From an uncultured Verrucomicrobiae bacterium (GTDB lineage Bacteria; Verrucomicrobiota; Verrucomicrobiia; Limisphaerales; JAFGQR01): a stretch of DNA of 64,000 nucleotides. How positions within the stretch are numbered: the first letter of the stretch is position 1; each line of letters starts with the position of its first letter. The DNA is taken from assembly GCA_963788655.1 (NCBI GenBank), contig CAWBHS010000002.1, positions 8,673-72,672 of the forward strand, read 5' to 3'. The notes under the pieces are model-generated. The model was not told where the DNA came from. It saw nothing but the letters and a program-made list of their open reading frames with translations, and made no database searches. This document shows, in pieces, positions 19,961 through 30,022 of this stretch. A program made the position numbers and the translations under genes.

Positions 19961-21381
19961 GGCTGACGAAGGGCGGCAGTTTGTGGGTCCAAACCGTGTT
20001 GAATTGGCGGCCAGAACTGAGCCCAATCGAAGGGTCGGCTGAACTCGCCGTAATGGCATTTCTGGCAATCGCCGGCCGCCAAGGGACGGAACTTGAAACT
20101 GATCGTGGGATCGCCCTTGCGCTGGCGCACGTGCAGGCTGCCCGGCCCGTGACAGCTTTCGCAGCCGACTTGCACAAGCTTGTTTCCCGCATACTCCCGG
20201 CGGTAGCCGGACAATGTGCCAAAACCGATCGTGTGACAGCCAATGCACTTCGGATCGGCATCGGCTCGCTTGTCCAGCAAGGTGGTGAAGGCGTGGGCGT
20301 GACCGGATTTCTGCCAAACCGCCGCCGCGATATGATGGCATTCCAGGCAACTCTGACTCCCCATGTAAGTGGCGGCCACCCGCACGCCGGGAACCATGTC
20401 CGCCTGCAAATGCGCCGGATCGTCCATCGCCAGCATCGTGCGGCGCACTTCGTCCCGGTAGGTCTGGGCGAATTGTTGGAATTCGGGCGCTTCGGGAATT
20501 TTGTCGTGTAGCAGGAAGATTTGGTGTGCCAGCGCTTGCACGCGAGGCTCGGGCGCCAGCCGAAGTTTGAGAATTCCCAGTGCCCGCGATTCGTTCGTGG
20601 TGAAATAAATCAGGCTGCGATTCTCCTGCTGCAATTCCTGCGCTGGCTGCCGCACCTTGCCGCCCAGGATGACGTTCAATTCGTAAAACTGTTGCGCCAG
20701 GCTGGTCAAAGTCGCTTCGTCCGTGAACGCCAGGAGAATGATCGCGTCCGCCTTGGACCGCAGCTCGGGCAGCAAGCTGGTGAGCGTGGTGTCCATTTCC
20801 GCCACTCGCAAACCTTCCCCGAGATCATCGCCCAGGCCGCGGGGATCGAGCACGCCGACGACGGCGATCCGATACGCGCCGCGTGGGAGAATGCGATAAG
20901 GCTCGAAGATACATTTGCCGGTCGCGCGGTCGAGCAGGTTGGCGCTGAGGATGGGAACGGGCGAAGTCTCGCGCAGTTTGCGGAGTTGGGCAGCGGACAA
21001 TTGGGCTTCGCGGTGGCCAATGTTCAGCGCGTCGAACTTCATCGCGGCAAAGGCCTGCAACAGGTAGCGGTATTCGATCAGATGGTAATCCTCCTTGCCG
21101 GCAATGGCGTCGCCCACGTCGAGGCGGATAGCGTCGGGTGGTGCTTCGGCGTCGAGCACGGTTTTCAACCGCGTCATGCCGCCGAATTGGCCGGTAAAAC
21201 AGCCGCAAGGAACAAGGCGCCCGTGGTTGTCGCAGGTAAAGTAAAGCGACAGATCGAGCGGCGCGCGGCTGGCGGGATTGTTGCAGCCGGGCATTGCGAT
21301 AAGGAGAAGGACGCTGAACAGAAGCGGACAGGCGAGTTTTCCTGCTTGAATCTGGTTGGTGGCGTCGCTGGTTCTGCCCAT
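19957..21381 (-). CDS. Lipoprotein: UshA/5'-nucleotidase-like domain plus tetraheme cytochrome c (c554-like)
   Basis: Lipobox MPGC; DNHG.LVPCGC..GG, DVGD, PILSANL. Four CxxCH motifs: CLECH, CIGCH, CESCH, CQKCH. Confidence 0.85.
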   Translation of the reverse strand: MGRTSDATNQIQAGKLACPLLFSVLLLIAMPGCNNPASRAPLDLSLYFTCDNHGRLVPCGCFTGQFGGMTRLKTVLDAEAPPDAIRLDVGDAIAGKEDYHLIEYRYLLQAFAAMKFDALNIGHREAQLSAAQLRKLRETSPVPILSANLLDRATGKCIFEPYRILPRGAYRIAVVGVLDPRGLGDDLGEGLRVAEMDTTLTSLLPELRSKADAIILLAFTDEATLTSLAQQFYELNVILGGKVRQPAQELQQENRSLIYFTTNESRALGILKLRLAPEPRVQALAHQIFLLHDKIPEAPEFQQFAQTYRDEVRRTMLAMDDPAHLQADMVPGVRVAATYMGSQSCLECHHIAAAVWQKSGHAHAFTTLLDKRADADPKCIGCHTIGFGTLSGYRREYAGNKLVQVGCESCHGPGSLHVRQRKGDPTISFKFRPLAAGDCQKCHYGEFSRPFDWAQFWPPIQHGLDPQTAALRQP

Positions 21382-21427
21382 GGGAAGGAGGAATGGAAAT
21401 GGAAAATGGCAGATGGTAAATACTCAA

Positions 21428-22456
21428 TCAGTAAAGCACGGCATAAGTGAACACGTTGACATTGACGAGCGCCGGCTTGGCGATTTCGTTGCCGCCACAA
21501 CAGCAGCACCCCTTGGCATGGGCAACGTCATTCAGACCTTCGGTCGAATACACCATGACCAGCCGGCCGTTGATTTGCAGCCCTTCGATCATCACCGTCT
21601 TGCCATGCTTGTCGGTCAACCGCGGGATACGGTTTACGACATTGAAGATCGGATGATCCATCGGGATACGGGCCAAGTCGTATTGCGGAAAACAGATTTT
21701 GATCTCGCGGCGAAAGGCACGATCCCATTTGGTGTCCGAACAGCCAGGACTGACCAACAGGAAGCCGCCGTTCAGGAGGTATTTGCGCAACTGAATCCGT
21801 TCCCGTTCGGTGAGCGAGAAATTCTCGTTGCCGGACATCACGGCGAAGGGGTAGTCGAACAAGGCCTCGGAATCCAGACGCACCGGGCAAAACTTCTTGT
21901 TGACGCGCAAATTGGTTTGCTGATCAACATCGGTCAGAAAACGGTCAGCGAAACAAACGGAACTTTTGTTGCCGGAATAAATGAGATTGCCGCATTCGAG
22001 GAGGGGTGGGGCGGCGGTGGTGGGAAGGGTGAGTGAGAGCAGGAGGAAGACGCAAAGGGAGAAAAGGCATACAGTCGGTCGGCAGATTGAGAACCGCACG
22101 AGGGCGGAGACATTGGTGACGACATAGCCCGTGCCATTTGAAGGCCGGATGCGATTGGGACAAACGTGCGGTTTGTTCCCCCTCACCCTGACCCCCTCCC
22201 TCGGGGAGAGGGAACAGCCGGCGTGCGACGATTGATGTTCGATTGTGCTGCAATCAGATGGCGCTTGCGCATGCCTTGAAAAAAACGGCGCCGACCATGG
22301 GAGGGACTTCAATCGCTGTATCCAACGGTCGATGGTTCTCCCTCTCCCCATGGGAGAGGGCCGGGGTGAGGGGGAACATACCGTTGAATCTCGATGGAGG
22401 CGAACGGACCACCTGTCAACCGCATCACAGTTCTCTTTTGTTCGCAAGGTCTTCAT
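21428..22456 (-). CDS. DUF4159 domain protein (start at ATG 22456 or GTG 22099)
   Basis: LFDYPFAVMSG, LRKYLLNGGFL, IPMDHPIF, EGLQINGRLVMVYS, NVFTYA. Hydrophobic signal h-region precedes the domain. Confidence 0.8.
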   Translation of the reverse strand: MKTLRTKENCDAVDRWSVRLHRDSTVCSPSPRPSPMGRGRTIDRWIQRLKSLPWSAPFFSRHAQAPSDCSTIEHQSSHAGCSLSPREGVRVRGNKPHVCPNRIRPSNGTGYVVTNVSALVRFSICRPTVCLFSLCVFLLLSLTLPTTAAPPLLECGNLIYSGNKSSVCFADRFLTDVDQQTNLRVNKKFCPVRLDSEALFDYPFAVMSGNENFSLTERERIQLRKYLLNGGFLLVSPGCSDTKWDRAFRREIKICFPQYDLARIPMDHPIFNVVNRIPRLTDKHGKTVMIEGLQINGRLVMVYSTEGLNDVAHAKGCCCCGGNEIAKPALVNVNVFTYAVLY

Positions 22457-25362
22457 GGTTTCGGGCGGGCGGTGAGCGTTTCGAAATAGCGCTCGACGAT
22501 GTCATTGTATTCCTCGATGAGTGACTCCGAGGACACCGCACCGGATTGGCGGTTGACGGGATTGAGGTTCTTCATCACGTCTGGCTTGTCCGCGTCGGCG
22601 ACGGCTGAGCCGCCAGGTAAACCCGGTTCGCCTTTGCCGAGTTTGTTGGACTGGTTGATTTCCTCGCGACCGCGCACAGCGGCCTTCTCGTTGCCGAGCA
22701 CGTCCAACGTCGAGCCGTCCGTTACGGCGTAGCCGGAGGTGCCAGCCTCGCCTTCGCCCATGCCACGCTGCATACCGGGCTTCATGCCAGCGCCGCCGAA
22801 CTTCCGGCTGCGGGCCATCTGCGCGAAATTGTTCCCCGGTTTCATGCCGCGCTGGAGGGTCAGGTAGCTGTCCAATTCGTTGCACGACGGACAATTCCCG
22901 GAGCCCTGGCACTCGCTGAAGAGGCTCTCCATGTCGCTGCGCAGGCGCTCCGAACGCTGGTGAGATTGCTCGCCCTGAGCGGCCAGCATCGAGCGGGTCG
23001 CGTTGTTGGCCTGAATGTTCAAACGAAGTTCCTGCATCTGACCGGCCAGGTTGCGGCCGCTCTTGGCGGCCTTGGGGAATTTCTTTTCCGCGGCATCAGC
23101 ATCCTTGCGCAATTTGTCTTCCAGTTGCTTGAGCAAACCAGCCACTTGCTGTTCGGTGCCGGCAAAAGACTTCAGGGCCAGTTGCTCTTCGCGATTCAGT
23201 TGGCCGGCGCGATTGTAAGCACGGGTCTGCTCGGCCAGTTCCTGCTGGACGCGATAAAGCGCTTCGAACTGGTTGAAGTCCTTCATCAGTTCCTGCATCT
23301 GGCTCATTTCCGCCAGCGTATCGAGAACCTGCTGCTGAGTTTTTTGTTGCGCCCCGCCCAGCCGCTCGACTTGTTCCTGCGAAGCCTGCGCGAACTCATC
23401 CAGCATCCCCGGCGTCATCTGCCGCGCACCGTTGGGCAGCGAACTGCGCTGGGCAATCTGGCCGGCGGTGGCGTTATTGGTCTGCGTGCTTTGGCGGATG
23501 GTTTGTGCTTGCTGCTGGAGCAGGTCGCGCAGTTCCTTTTCCACGTCATACAAGGGGTTTTCCCGGACAAAATTGTCCATACGCTCGGCGTGTTGGTTGA
23601 GCTTTTGATTCAACTCATTCTGCCGGGCCAGCAACTGGTCGAGCTTGCGCGTGAGTTCGTCACGATCCTGCGCGTCCGGGTCAGTCAGTTCTTTTTTCAA
23701 CCCGTCGGCTTGTTCGCCGAGTTTTTTTTGCTGTTCGATCAAGTCCTGCAAATCGTCCTTGAGCAAGGCGTACTTGGCCTCGATGTCCGTCAGGTCGGTT
23801 TGTTCGCGGAGGAAATTGTTGTAATCCTCGATGCTGATCACCATCAACTGCACCGTCTGGCTGCGGACCAGGTGCGGTTGCGGCGCGGTATCGATGGCTT
23901 CCGCAAACAAGGAAATCACATCACCGGGCTGAACGCCGAGCGTGGCAAAATCGAACTTCAACGTCTCGCGGGCGTTGCGCGTCACGGTATCGTAATCAAT
24001 CACCTTGGGCACCGAGTAAACGCCGTTCAAAGCGCGGTGCAGCCGGACGTGATGCAAACCGTAGTCGTCGCTCGCTTCGATGGTGGCTTCGAGTTTGAAA
24101 TCCATCGCCACAAAGCAGTCTTTCTCCGGTTCCACAATGCGCACCTCAGGCGGCAGATCGTGCGTCACCGTCAGAGCGCCCTCCCAATGGTCCTGCGAAG
24201 CGATGCGATCCACGTCTGTCAGTTCGAATCGCAACCGGCCCGAGCGTTCCGCGGTGAAACTGCCGACCACTTCGTTTTCGTTCGTGGGCGACATCGTGAT
24301 TCGTTGAGGCGGTTGCTGGCCGCCGGTGAGTTCCAAGATCCCGTCGTGCAACGGACGATTGGAACGGAGGCGGAATTGGATTTCGCTGCCCGCGAGCGCC
24401 TGCACCCCGTCGAAGCGATACGGCTTTTCCTCCGGCGCCAGACCGGTGTAGGCCGGCGGCGTGACTTTCACAAACGATTGCTCCAACTGCGGCGTGAGGA
24501 TCAGCCCGATGCGGGTTTTGCGTGAGCGGCTGAGCCCGTCCTTGGTGTGCGCATACACCACCAACTCGCTGCGGATGTTTTCCAATTGTTGTTGGAAGCC
24601 GCCACTGCCTTTGTCGAACATGGGGAGCGTGATGGCTTGTTCCGGATGCTCGGGTGGATGCGCGGTGAGGTAAGCCTCCTTCGGGTGATGGCCGGAAGCC
24701 TGCACTTTGACCACGAAGTTTTTCCCGTAAATCACGTTGGTACCGGTCGAACCCGGTTCCAGGATTTCAAGTTGCGTAAACGAGTATGGGGGATGGTCCC
24801 CGAACGGATCAGCGAACCGCAACACTTCGACGGCCGTGACTTTAAAGAAGCCCGCCAGGAAGGCAACGAACAGCAACAGGCCCCACGCGGCGCGGCGCAG
24901 TTGCCGGCGCACTTCGTCGGTGCGCGCCAAGCGGCGGAAATCCATGTCCATGAGATTGACCGCGTAGTCATCGACTGCCAGTTGGGCCAATCGCCGGGTG
25001 GTAGGAACGAGGTTTTGGTCGGTGGTTTGGGTCTGCAATTGCAGCAGGTTGATGAGCTTCGAGCCCATGGCTTCGTCGCGACTTTCGAGGAACCGGGCGA
25101 CGCGCTCCAAACGATTGCGACGGACGTAAGCAACGTAGGCGCCCGCGGCGAACAACAGTGCCACACCCGCCGCGAGCCCCGCCAGCAACGACAGCCGCCA
25201 GCCAGCGTTCAAGTGCAACGCCACGTCGAGGATGAAACAGGCCAGGATGAAGGCGAGCACGAACTTCACACTGCGGAGCAACAGGCTGCCTCCCGCCTCC
25301 TTTTGGTGGACCCGGTCCGCCCAGGCGAGCCGGTTCAGAATCTTTTGCGCATCGCTTAACAT
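22453..25362 (-). CDS. Large membrane protein with Ig-like region and Gln-rich coiled coil (DUF4175-like)
   Basis: Three N-terminal TM helices; V.PPAYTG, D.PPEV.I, ASDDYGL. Long Q/E-rich helical region; ends EYNDIVERYFETL. Confidence 0.7.
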   Translation of the reverse strand: MLSDAQKILNRLAWADRVHQKEAGGSLLLRSVKFVLAFILACFILDVALHLNAGWRLSLLAGLAAGVALLFAAGAYVAYVRRNRLERVARFLESRDEAMGSKLINLLQLQTQTTDQNLVPTTRRLAQLAVDDYAVNLMDMDFRRLARTDEVRRQLRRAAWGLLLFVAFLAGFFKVTAVEVLRFADPFGDHPPYSFTQLEILEPGSTGTNVIYGKNFVVKVQASGHHPKEAYLTAHPPEHPEQAITLPMFDKGSGGFQQQLENIRSELVVYAHTKDGLSRSRKTRIGLILTPQLEQSFVKVTPPAYTGLAPEEKPYRFDGVQALAGSEIQFRLRSNRPLHDGILELTGGQQPPQRITMSPTNENEVVGSFTAERSGRLRFELTDVDRIASQDHWEGALTVTHDLPPEVRIVEPEKDCFVAMDFKLEATIEASDDYGLHHVRLHRALNGVYSVPKVIDYDTVTRNARETLKFDFATLGVQPGDVISLFAEAIDTAPQPHLVRSQTVQLMVISIEDYNNFLREQTDLTDIEAKYALLKDDLQDLIEQQKKLGEQADGLKKELTDPDAQDRDELTRKLDQLLARQNELNQKLNQHAERMDNFVRENPLYDVEKELRDLLQQQAQTIRQSTQTNNATAGQIAQRSSLPNGARQMTPGMLDEFAQASQEQVERLGGAQQKTQQQVLDTLAEMSQMQELMKDFNQFEALYRVQQELAEQTRAYNRAGQLNREEQLALKSFAGTEQQVAGLLKQLEDKLRKDADAAEKKFPKAAKSGRNLAGQMQELRLNIQANNATRSMLAAQGEQSHQRSERLRSDMESLFSECQGSGNCPSCNELDSYLTLQRGMKPGNNFAQMARSRKFGGAGMKPGMQRGMGEGEAGTSGYAVTDGSTLDVLGNEKAAVRGREEINQSNKLGKGEPGLPGGSAVADADKPDVMKNLNPVNRQSGAVSSESLIEEYNDIVERYFETLTARPKP

Positions 25363-27563
25363 AGACCCCACCGTCTTCTTAAGAACCAATCAACGCCGAA
25401 CAGTAACCCAGCCAGATAAAAAACCCAAGTCTCATTCCAGATCGGACACAACCGCGTTTTCGGCGTCAAATCCGCCGTCTGGTTGCCCAACTCCACCATC
25501 AACTGCTTGAGTTCGTCCTGGTTCAACAATCGCCCGCCGCTGGTTTCGCACAACCGCCGCAAATAGGCAACATCGGTGGCCACTTCGGTTTCCTCGAAGT
25601 TTTCCGTAAACACGATGAACCGCGATTCCTGTCGGGTGCCGTCCGGGAACTTGGCTTCGACCCGATAGCGGCCCAATTGCGTCGGCAGAAACTCGGCCAC
25701 CAGCCGCGTCGAGTCGCCGGGCGTGCCCATCAGGTTGGCCCGGCCGGCTTCCTGGTCGCGATAATAAATCGTGAGCGGCACGGATTTCACACTGGGATCC
25801 GGCCGGCGCAGGACCAGGCGGAAGTAGATTTTTTCTCCCAACAGAATGTTCGCGGAACTGGTGCGAAACGAAAACTGTGCGGAAGGAATGAAGTCGCGGC
25901 CCGCGAGCAGCCAGAGAATGGTTTGGTCCCAGAACCGGTCGAAGGGCGTGTTGGCGCCTTCGACCTTGGCGTTCAAACCCCAACGCCACAAACCGGCCAC
26001 GGCGATGCTGACCACTTGACCCCGCCCATAGCGACGATGCACCAGGGCGGGCACTGGCTTGCCGCCGTAACGATCGGCGGCCAGCGCGAGCGTGGAGGTC
26101 AATGGCTTGGTTTCTTTGGCCTCCTGGACGGAGAGCACTTCGGGCAATTCTTCAAGGCCGCCGGCGTTCTGATTCAACGATTGCAATGCGGACGCATTAC
26201 GGCCTTCGGCGGTGGCTTCCAGGCGCAGGTCGCGGCCGGTGCTTTGGCCCCAGATGACGGGTTCTAATTCGCTGCCCGTGCCGCCGTTGGCGAAGGCCGG
26301 TCCGCGACTGAAGATGACCGTGCCGCCCAAGTCTTTCACGCACTGTGTAAGCCCGTCGATTTGTCGGCTGTTCAACAGGCTGTCCACGGCGCGGCCCAGA
26401 ATGATCACGTCGTAGTGATTAAATTCTTCCGCCGTGGTGGGCACCACCAGTTCGCCGGCGTTTTCCGCTTTGCGAATGGCTCGGAATTTGGAACGTCCAT
26501 AACTGACAAGGGAATCCACTTCGAACTTGTCGTTGCGCATCAGCGAACGCTGGAGAAACGTCGTGTCCCAGTACGGATCGCCTTCGAGAATCAGCACGCG
26601 GATTTGCTGGTCGATCACGTTGAGGTAGGTGATGGCGCTGTTGTTGTCGTTATCGACCTCGTGGTCCAGCGGTTGCACGCGCACCTCGTATTCGTATTGG
26701 CCGGTTTCGGGTTCGATGACTTCAAACTCGACCGGCAGCTCCTGAAACTCATCGGCGTTCAACCGTTTGGTCTGCACCACCTGACCCTGCCGGAGCAATT
26801 GGACGTTGAGCTGCTCGTATTCGCAACCGATCAAACGCAAGCCCGCCGTGATGCGCGCTTGCTGCTTCACGTAACAGTAGGGTTGAAAGCTCGTGATGCG
26901 CGCCGAGACATCGCGGACCTTGCCCTGTTTGCCAATCGGCACGGCGTAGATTGGTGTCTGGCGGCTGCGCGCAGCGGCGCCGGTTTTGGCGGGATTCATC
27001 AATTCAAAATCGTGACCGTCAGTAAGCAGGATCAGGGCGTTCGCGGCTTCGTTCCGGGCCAGCGTGCTGAGAGCGGTTACGACCGATTTGTGGAAGTGCG
27101 TGGTCTTGTCGTGCGATGCCAGGTCGAACACCGAGGTGTTGACGGGGCGAGTGTCTTCACCGAACTCGAACAGCCGTACTCGCGGGTCTTCCGGCAGTCC
27201 GGATTTGGGCAGCGCTTCGGATTCGAGCAGAATGTTCCGCGCCGCTTCGTAACGGGTGGCGCCGTTGACGTCCCGTTGTTTCATGCTCAATGACGTGTCC
27301 AGCGCGAGCAAGGTCACGCGGTTTTGGGTCGGCGGGGGAATCTTTTCGACGCGTGAAGGTTGCAGCAACAACAACAGAATGACGATTATCCCGGCCAGCC
27401 GAAACACGAGCAGCGCCCCATTCTGCCAGCGTCCAATCGCCGTCCCCACGCGCAAGTACAGCCGCACCGTCAACACCGCCATCACCAGCGCCAGCAGGAC
27501 AATCACCGGCACCGGCAGGATCGGATCGAAGACGATGTTGGTTGCGGAGGGCATGGGAGACAA
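25356..27563 (-). CDS. Membrane vWA plus glutamine-amidotransferase-like domain protein
   Basis: MIDAS DTSLSM and LLTDG; RVLILEG.P.W; YGRGQV..LWRW. C-terminal TM with WFLRRRWGL. Confidence 0.8.
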   Translation of the reverse strand: MSPMPSATNIVFDPILPVPVIVLLALVMAVLTVRLYLRVGTAIGRWQNGALLVFRLAGIIVILLLLLQPSRVEKIPPPTQNRVTLLALDTSLSMKQRDVNGATRYEAARNILLESEALPKSGLPEDPRVRLFEFGEDTRPVNTSVFDLASHDKTTHFHKSVVTALSTLARNEAANALILLTDGHDFELMNPAKTGAAARSRQTPIYAVPIGKQGKVRDVSARITSFQPYCYVKQQARITAGLRLIGCEYEQLNVQLLRQGQVVQTKRLNADEFQELPVEFEVIEPETGQYEYEVRVQPLDHEVDNDNNSAITYLNVIDQQIRVLILEGDPYWDTTFLQRSLMRNDKFEVDSLVSYGRSKFRAIRKAENAGELVVPTTAEEFNHYDVIILGRAVDSLLNSRQIDGLTQCVKDLGGTVIFSRGPAFANGGTGSELEPVIWGQSTGRDLRLEATAEGRNASALQSLNQNAGGLEELPEVLSVQEAKETKPLTSTLALAADRYGGKPVPALVHRRYGRGQVVSIAVAGLWRWGLNAKVEGANTPFDRFWDQTILWLLAGRDFIPSAQFSFRTSSANILLGEKIYFRLVLRRPDPSVKSVPLTIYYRDQEAGRANLMGTPGDSTRLVAEFLPTQLGRYRVEAKFPDGTRQESRFIVFTENFEETEVATDVAYLRRLCETSGGRLLNQDELKQLMVELGNQTADLTPKTRLCPIWNETWVFYLAGLLFGVDWFLRRRWGLC

Positions 27564-27695
27564 TTCAGGTTAACCGTAGATGGAGGCGATGCGGCAACGC
27601 CGTGACCGATGTGGTTGAAACGTTAAAGAGTTGGAGGATTGAAAAGGCAGAGAGTCTGCGAAGGCGGTGCGATTCTCCAGTCCAAGCCAGCGATC

Positions 27696-27867
27696 AGGTA
27701 GGGCGAGACTCCGTCGAGCCCTGATTTCCCTGAGCGCGTTCGTCAACAAACAACCGTTCGAAGGGCAATCCTTGACGGTCGAACGCCAAACACGTCCCAC
27801 GGTATCGCTATCGGGTACACTAAAACGATGCGGGGAAGTCAGGGCTCGACGGAGTCTCGCCCTACCT
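27696..27867. repeat. REPIN-like element with 29-bp perfect inverted ends (GTAGGGCGAGACTCCGTCGAGCC family)
   Basis: 27696-27724 equals the reverse complement of 27839-27867. Second copy at 49508-49682; collapsed remnant at 32224-32252. Confidence 0.85.
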
Positions 27868-27940
27868 TTGGTGATCGCTCGTGAATTGGACATTGGGGTC
27901 TTGGACATTCTCTGGAACTTGGTCATTGGTCATTGGTCAT

Positions 27941-30022
27941 TCATCCGCCGATCTTCCGCACCAGGTATTGGAATCCGGTTTCGATCATCAGGAACAGCAT
28001 TCCGGCCAGCAGAAACCAATGGAACATGGGCCGGCCTTTGGCCAATTCTTCAAAATCAGCCTGCCCAGCCACAAAATGCGCCGGCCGGTTTGCGGCGAAT
28101 TCAGTGGGCAACACTTCCTTGTCAATCGGCCGCAAATCCGCTTCGTCCGGGCTGGTGTTCACTGCAAACGCATAATGCGGCCGCGGCCGGCCCAGGGTGT
28201 AAAAGCCGAGTTGGTCCGGCGTGAAAGACAGGCTGTAGCGGTCGCCCTCGACTTCGCGTTTGACGGTGACGCTCGTGCCGGCCGGGCTGAGCAAGTCGGC
28301 GTCTTTCATTTCGCGACGCCAGACTTCGGTGTGCAGCGTGTCGCCAATCGTGTAGGCCGCGGGCGGCGGTTCGTGCATTGAGACCGCTTTGACCAGGTCC
28401 TGCACCCACGCGGGGAAAATGCGTTGCCGGGCGAGGTTGCTGGAAAATTCGCTCGCGGAAAAATTCAGCAGCACCAGCGTGCCCAATCCATGGTGCATCA
28501 CGGCCATGGCGGGCGATTCGTCCGCGTAGTACAACAACACATTGCCGGCGCCGGTCGCGCTGCCCTGGTAATAATCGTAAAACTCCAGCAAGCCCAGATC
28601 CTGCCGCGTGGCGCCGCGGAACAGTTTCAAATAGCGCGACCGGAAATCGCCGCGGACAATCTGTTGCGCGCCGGTGACCACGTTGGTGGCGGTACGTTTC
28701 TGCGTCAGCACGACCGGCATGGTGTCCGGTGCAGTGGCTTGTTCGAGCGCTTTCAAGTTGTCATTGTCGGCAATGCCATCAAGGAAATAGATCAAGCCGC
28801 CGCCTTGAAACAGGAAGTGCGCCAAGGCCTTGCACGCCTCCGGCGGCAAATAGTTCACTTGGGTGAAGAACACTTTGCCCACGCCGGCCAGCCGACTGGA
28901 CGACAGTTCCTTGGACGGAATGATGCGCGGGAGCAACGAGCCACCTTCATTGGCGAACGGGTTGAGCGCGGTTTTGAGAAAGAAACTGCCGCTGCGGGTA
29001 TCCTGCGGACCATCGGTAACGATCAATACTTCCTCTTTTTCCTGCACGGCAATGGTGAGAAAGAAACGGTTGTCCAACTCGAGTGCATCGGGCGGCAGCC
29101 GGACTTCGCACGTGTGCAGTCCCGGACTGCCAGCGGGCAGCGGCAGGGTGACTTTGCCTTCGGACCAGGGCGCAATCGAAACGGTCTGGTCGAAGCTGAA
29201 CCGTTCCTCGAGGACGACGGTCACCCGGTCATTGAACAGTTCGGCACTGAAGTTGCCGACGGTGACCTCCAGCATCACCGTGTCGCCGGCGAGAATCTGC
29301 GATTGATTCAACCGGGCATCGAGGATGGCGCGGTTGGCGCGGCGGGTGGGGCCGACATCGACGAAATACAATTTGGCTTCCGGCGGCACGGACGTGAAGT
29401 CGGCATTGGCCCAGTTCTTCCGCTGGAAATCGGAAATGTAATAGACTTCGGGCCGCGGCGTTTTGCGGGAGAACAACCGTGCCGCCGTGGCATTGGCCTG
29501 GTTGACGTCGCCACGGCCGAGGCCCGGTTTGAGCAGCGCCAGGAAACGTTTGGCTTCGGCGTGGTCCTTCGAGAAGTTCACGAAGCATGTCGAGGGACTC
29601 TGCTCCATCAGCAGAATGTTCACGAGGTCGTTGGCGCCGAGGGTTTCGATCAGCTTGCCCGCTTCGTGTACGGCGCGCTCCCGCGACGAGGGCCCATCGC
29701 CCTTGTGCTCCATGCTCACCGAATGGTCGAGTACGATCAGCACGTGTCGTTCGCCTTTGGCATTGGGATCGGCGCCGAACCGGCGGAGGATCGGTTGCAG
29801 GAAAGCGAGCAGGAGCAACAAAATAAACGCCGTGCGCAACAGCAGCAGAATCAGGTGACGCCATTTGTGAAGTTTTGACCGCTGCGCCATGGTTTCCTTG
29901 ATTAGTGCCACCGACGGAAACTTGAAATGCCGCGGGAACCCTTTGTTCAACAGATGAATCACCACCGGCAACGCCAGCAACGGCAGCAACGCGCTCAACA
30001 AGGCTGGGCTGAGAAAGCTCAT
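27941..30022 (-). CDS. BatA N-terminal domain plus vWA protein
   Basis: MSFLSP..LPVVIHLL..FPSV..LLLLLR (BatA); DHSVSM MIDAS; YYISDFQ; C-terminal TM. Confidence 0.85.
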   Translation of the reverse strand: MSFLSPALLSALLPLLALPVVIHLLNKGFPRHFKFPSVALIKETMAQRSKLHKWRHLILLLLRTAFILLLLLAFLQPILRRFGADPNAKGERHVLIVLDHSVSMEHKGDGPSSRERAVHEAGKLIETLGANDLVNILLMEQSPSTCFVNFSKDHAEAKRFLALLKPGLGRGDVNQANATAARLFSRKTPRPEVYYISDFQRKNWANADFTSVPPEAKLYFVDVGPTRRANRAILDARLNQSQILAGDTVMLEVTVGNFSAELFNDRVTVVLEERFSFDQTVSIAPWSEGKVTLPLPAGSPGLHTCEVRLPPDALELDNRFFLTIAVQEKEEVLIVTDGPQDTRSGSFFLKTALNPFANEGGSLLPRIIPSKELSSSRLAGVGKVFFTQVNYLPPEACKALAHFLFQGGGLIYFLDGIADNDNLKALEQATAPDTMPVVLTQKRTATNVVTGAQQIVRGDFRSRYLKLFRGATRQDLGLLEFYDYYQGSATGAGNVLLYYADESPAMAVMHHGLGTLVLLNFSASEFSSNLARQRIFPAWVQDLVKAVSMHEPPPAAYTIGDTLHTEVWRREMKDADLLSPAGTSVTVKREVEGDRYSLSFTPDQLGFYTLGRPRPHYAFAVNTSPDEADLRPIDKEVLPTEFAANRPAHFVAGQADFEELAKGRPMFHWFLLAGMLFLMIETGFQYLVRKIGG

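Noticed and set aside
27570..27926. 118-aa ORF inside the MoxR operon gap
   Set aside because: It is a translation of heptamer repeats and the REPIN (GRARLRRAL twice).
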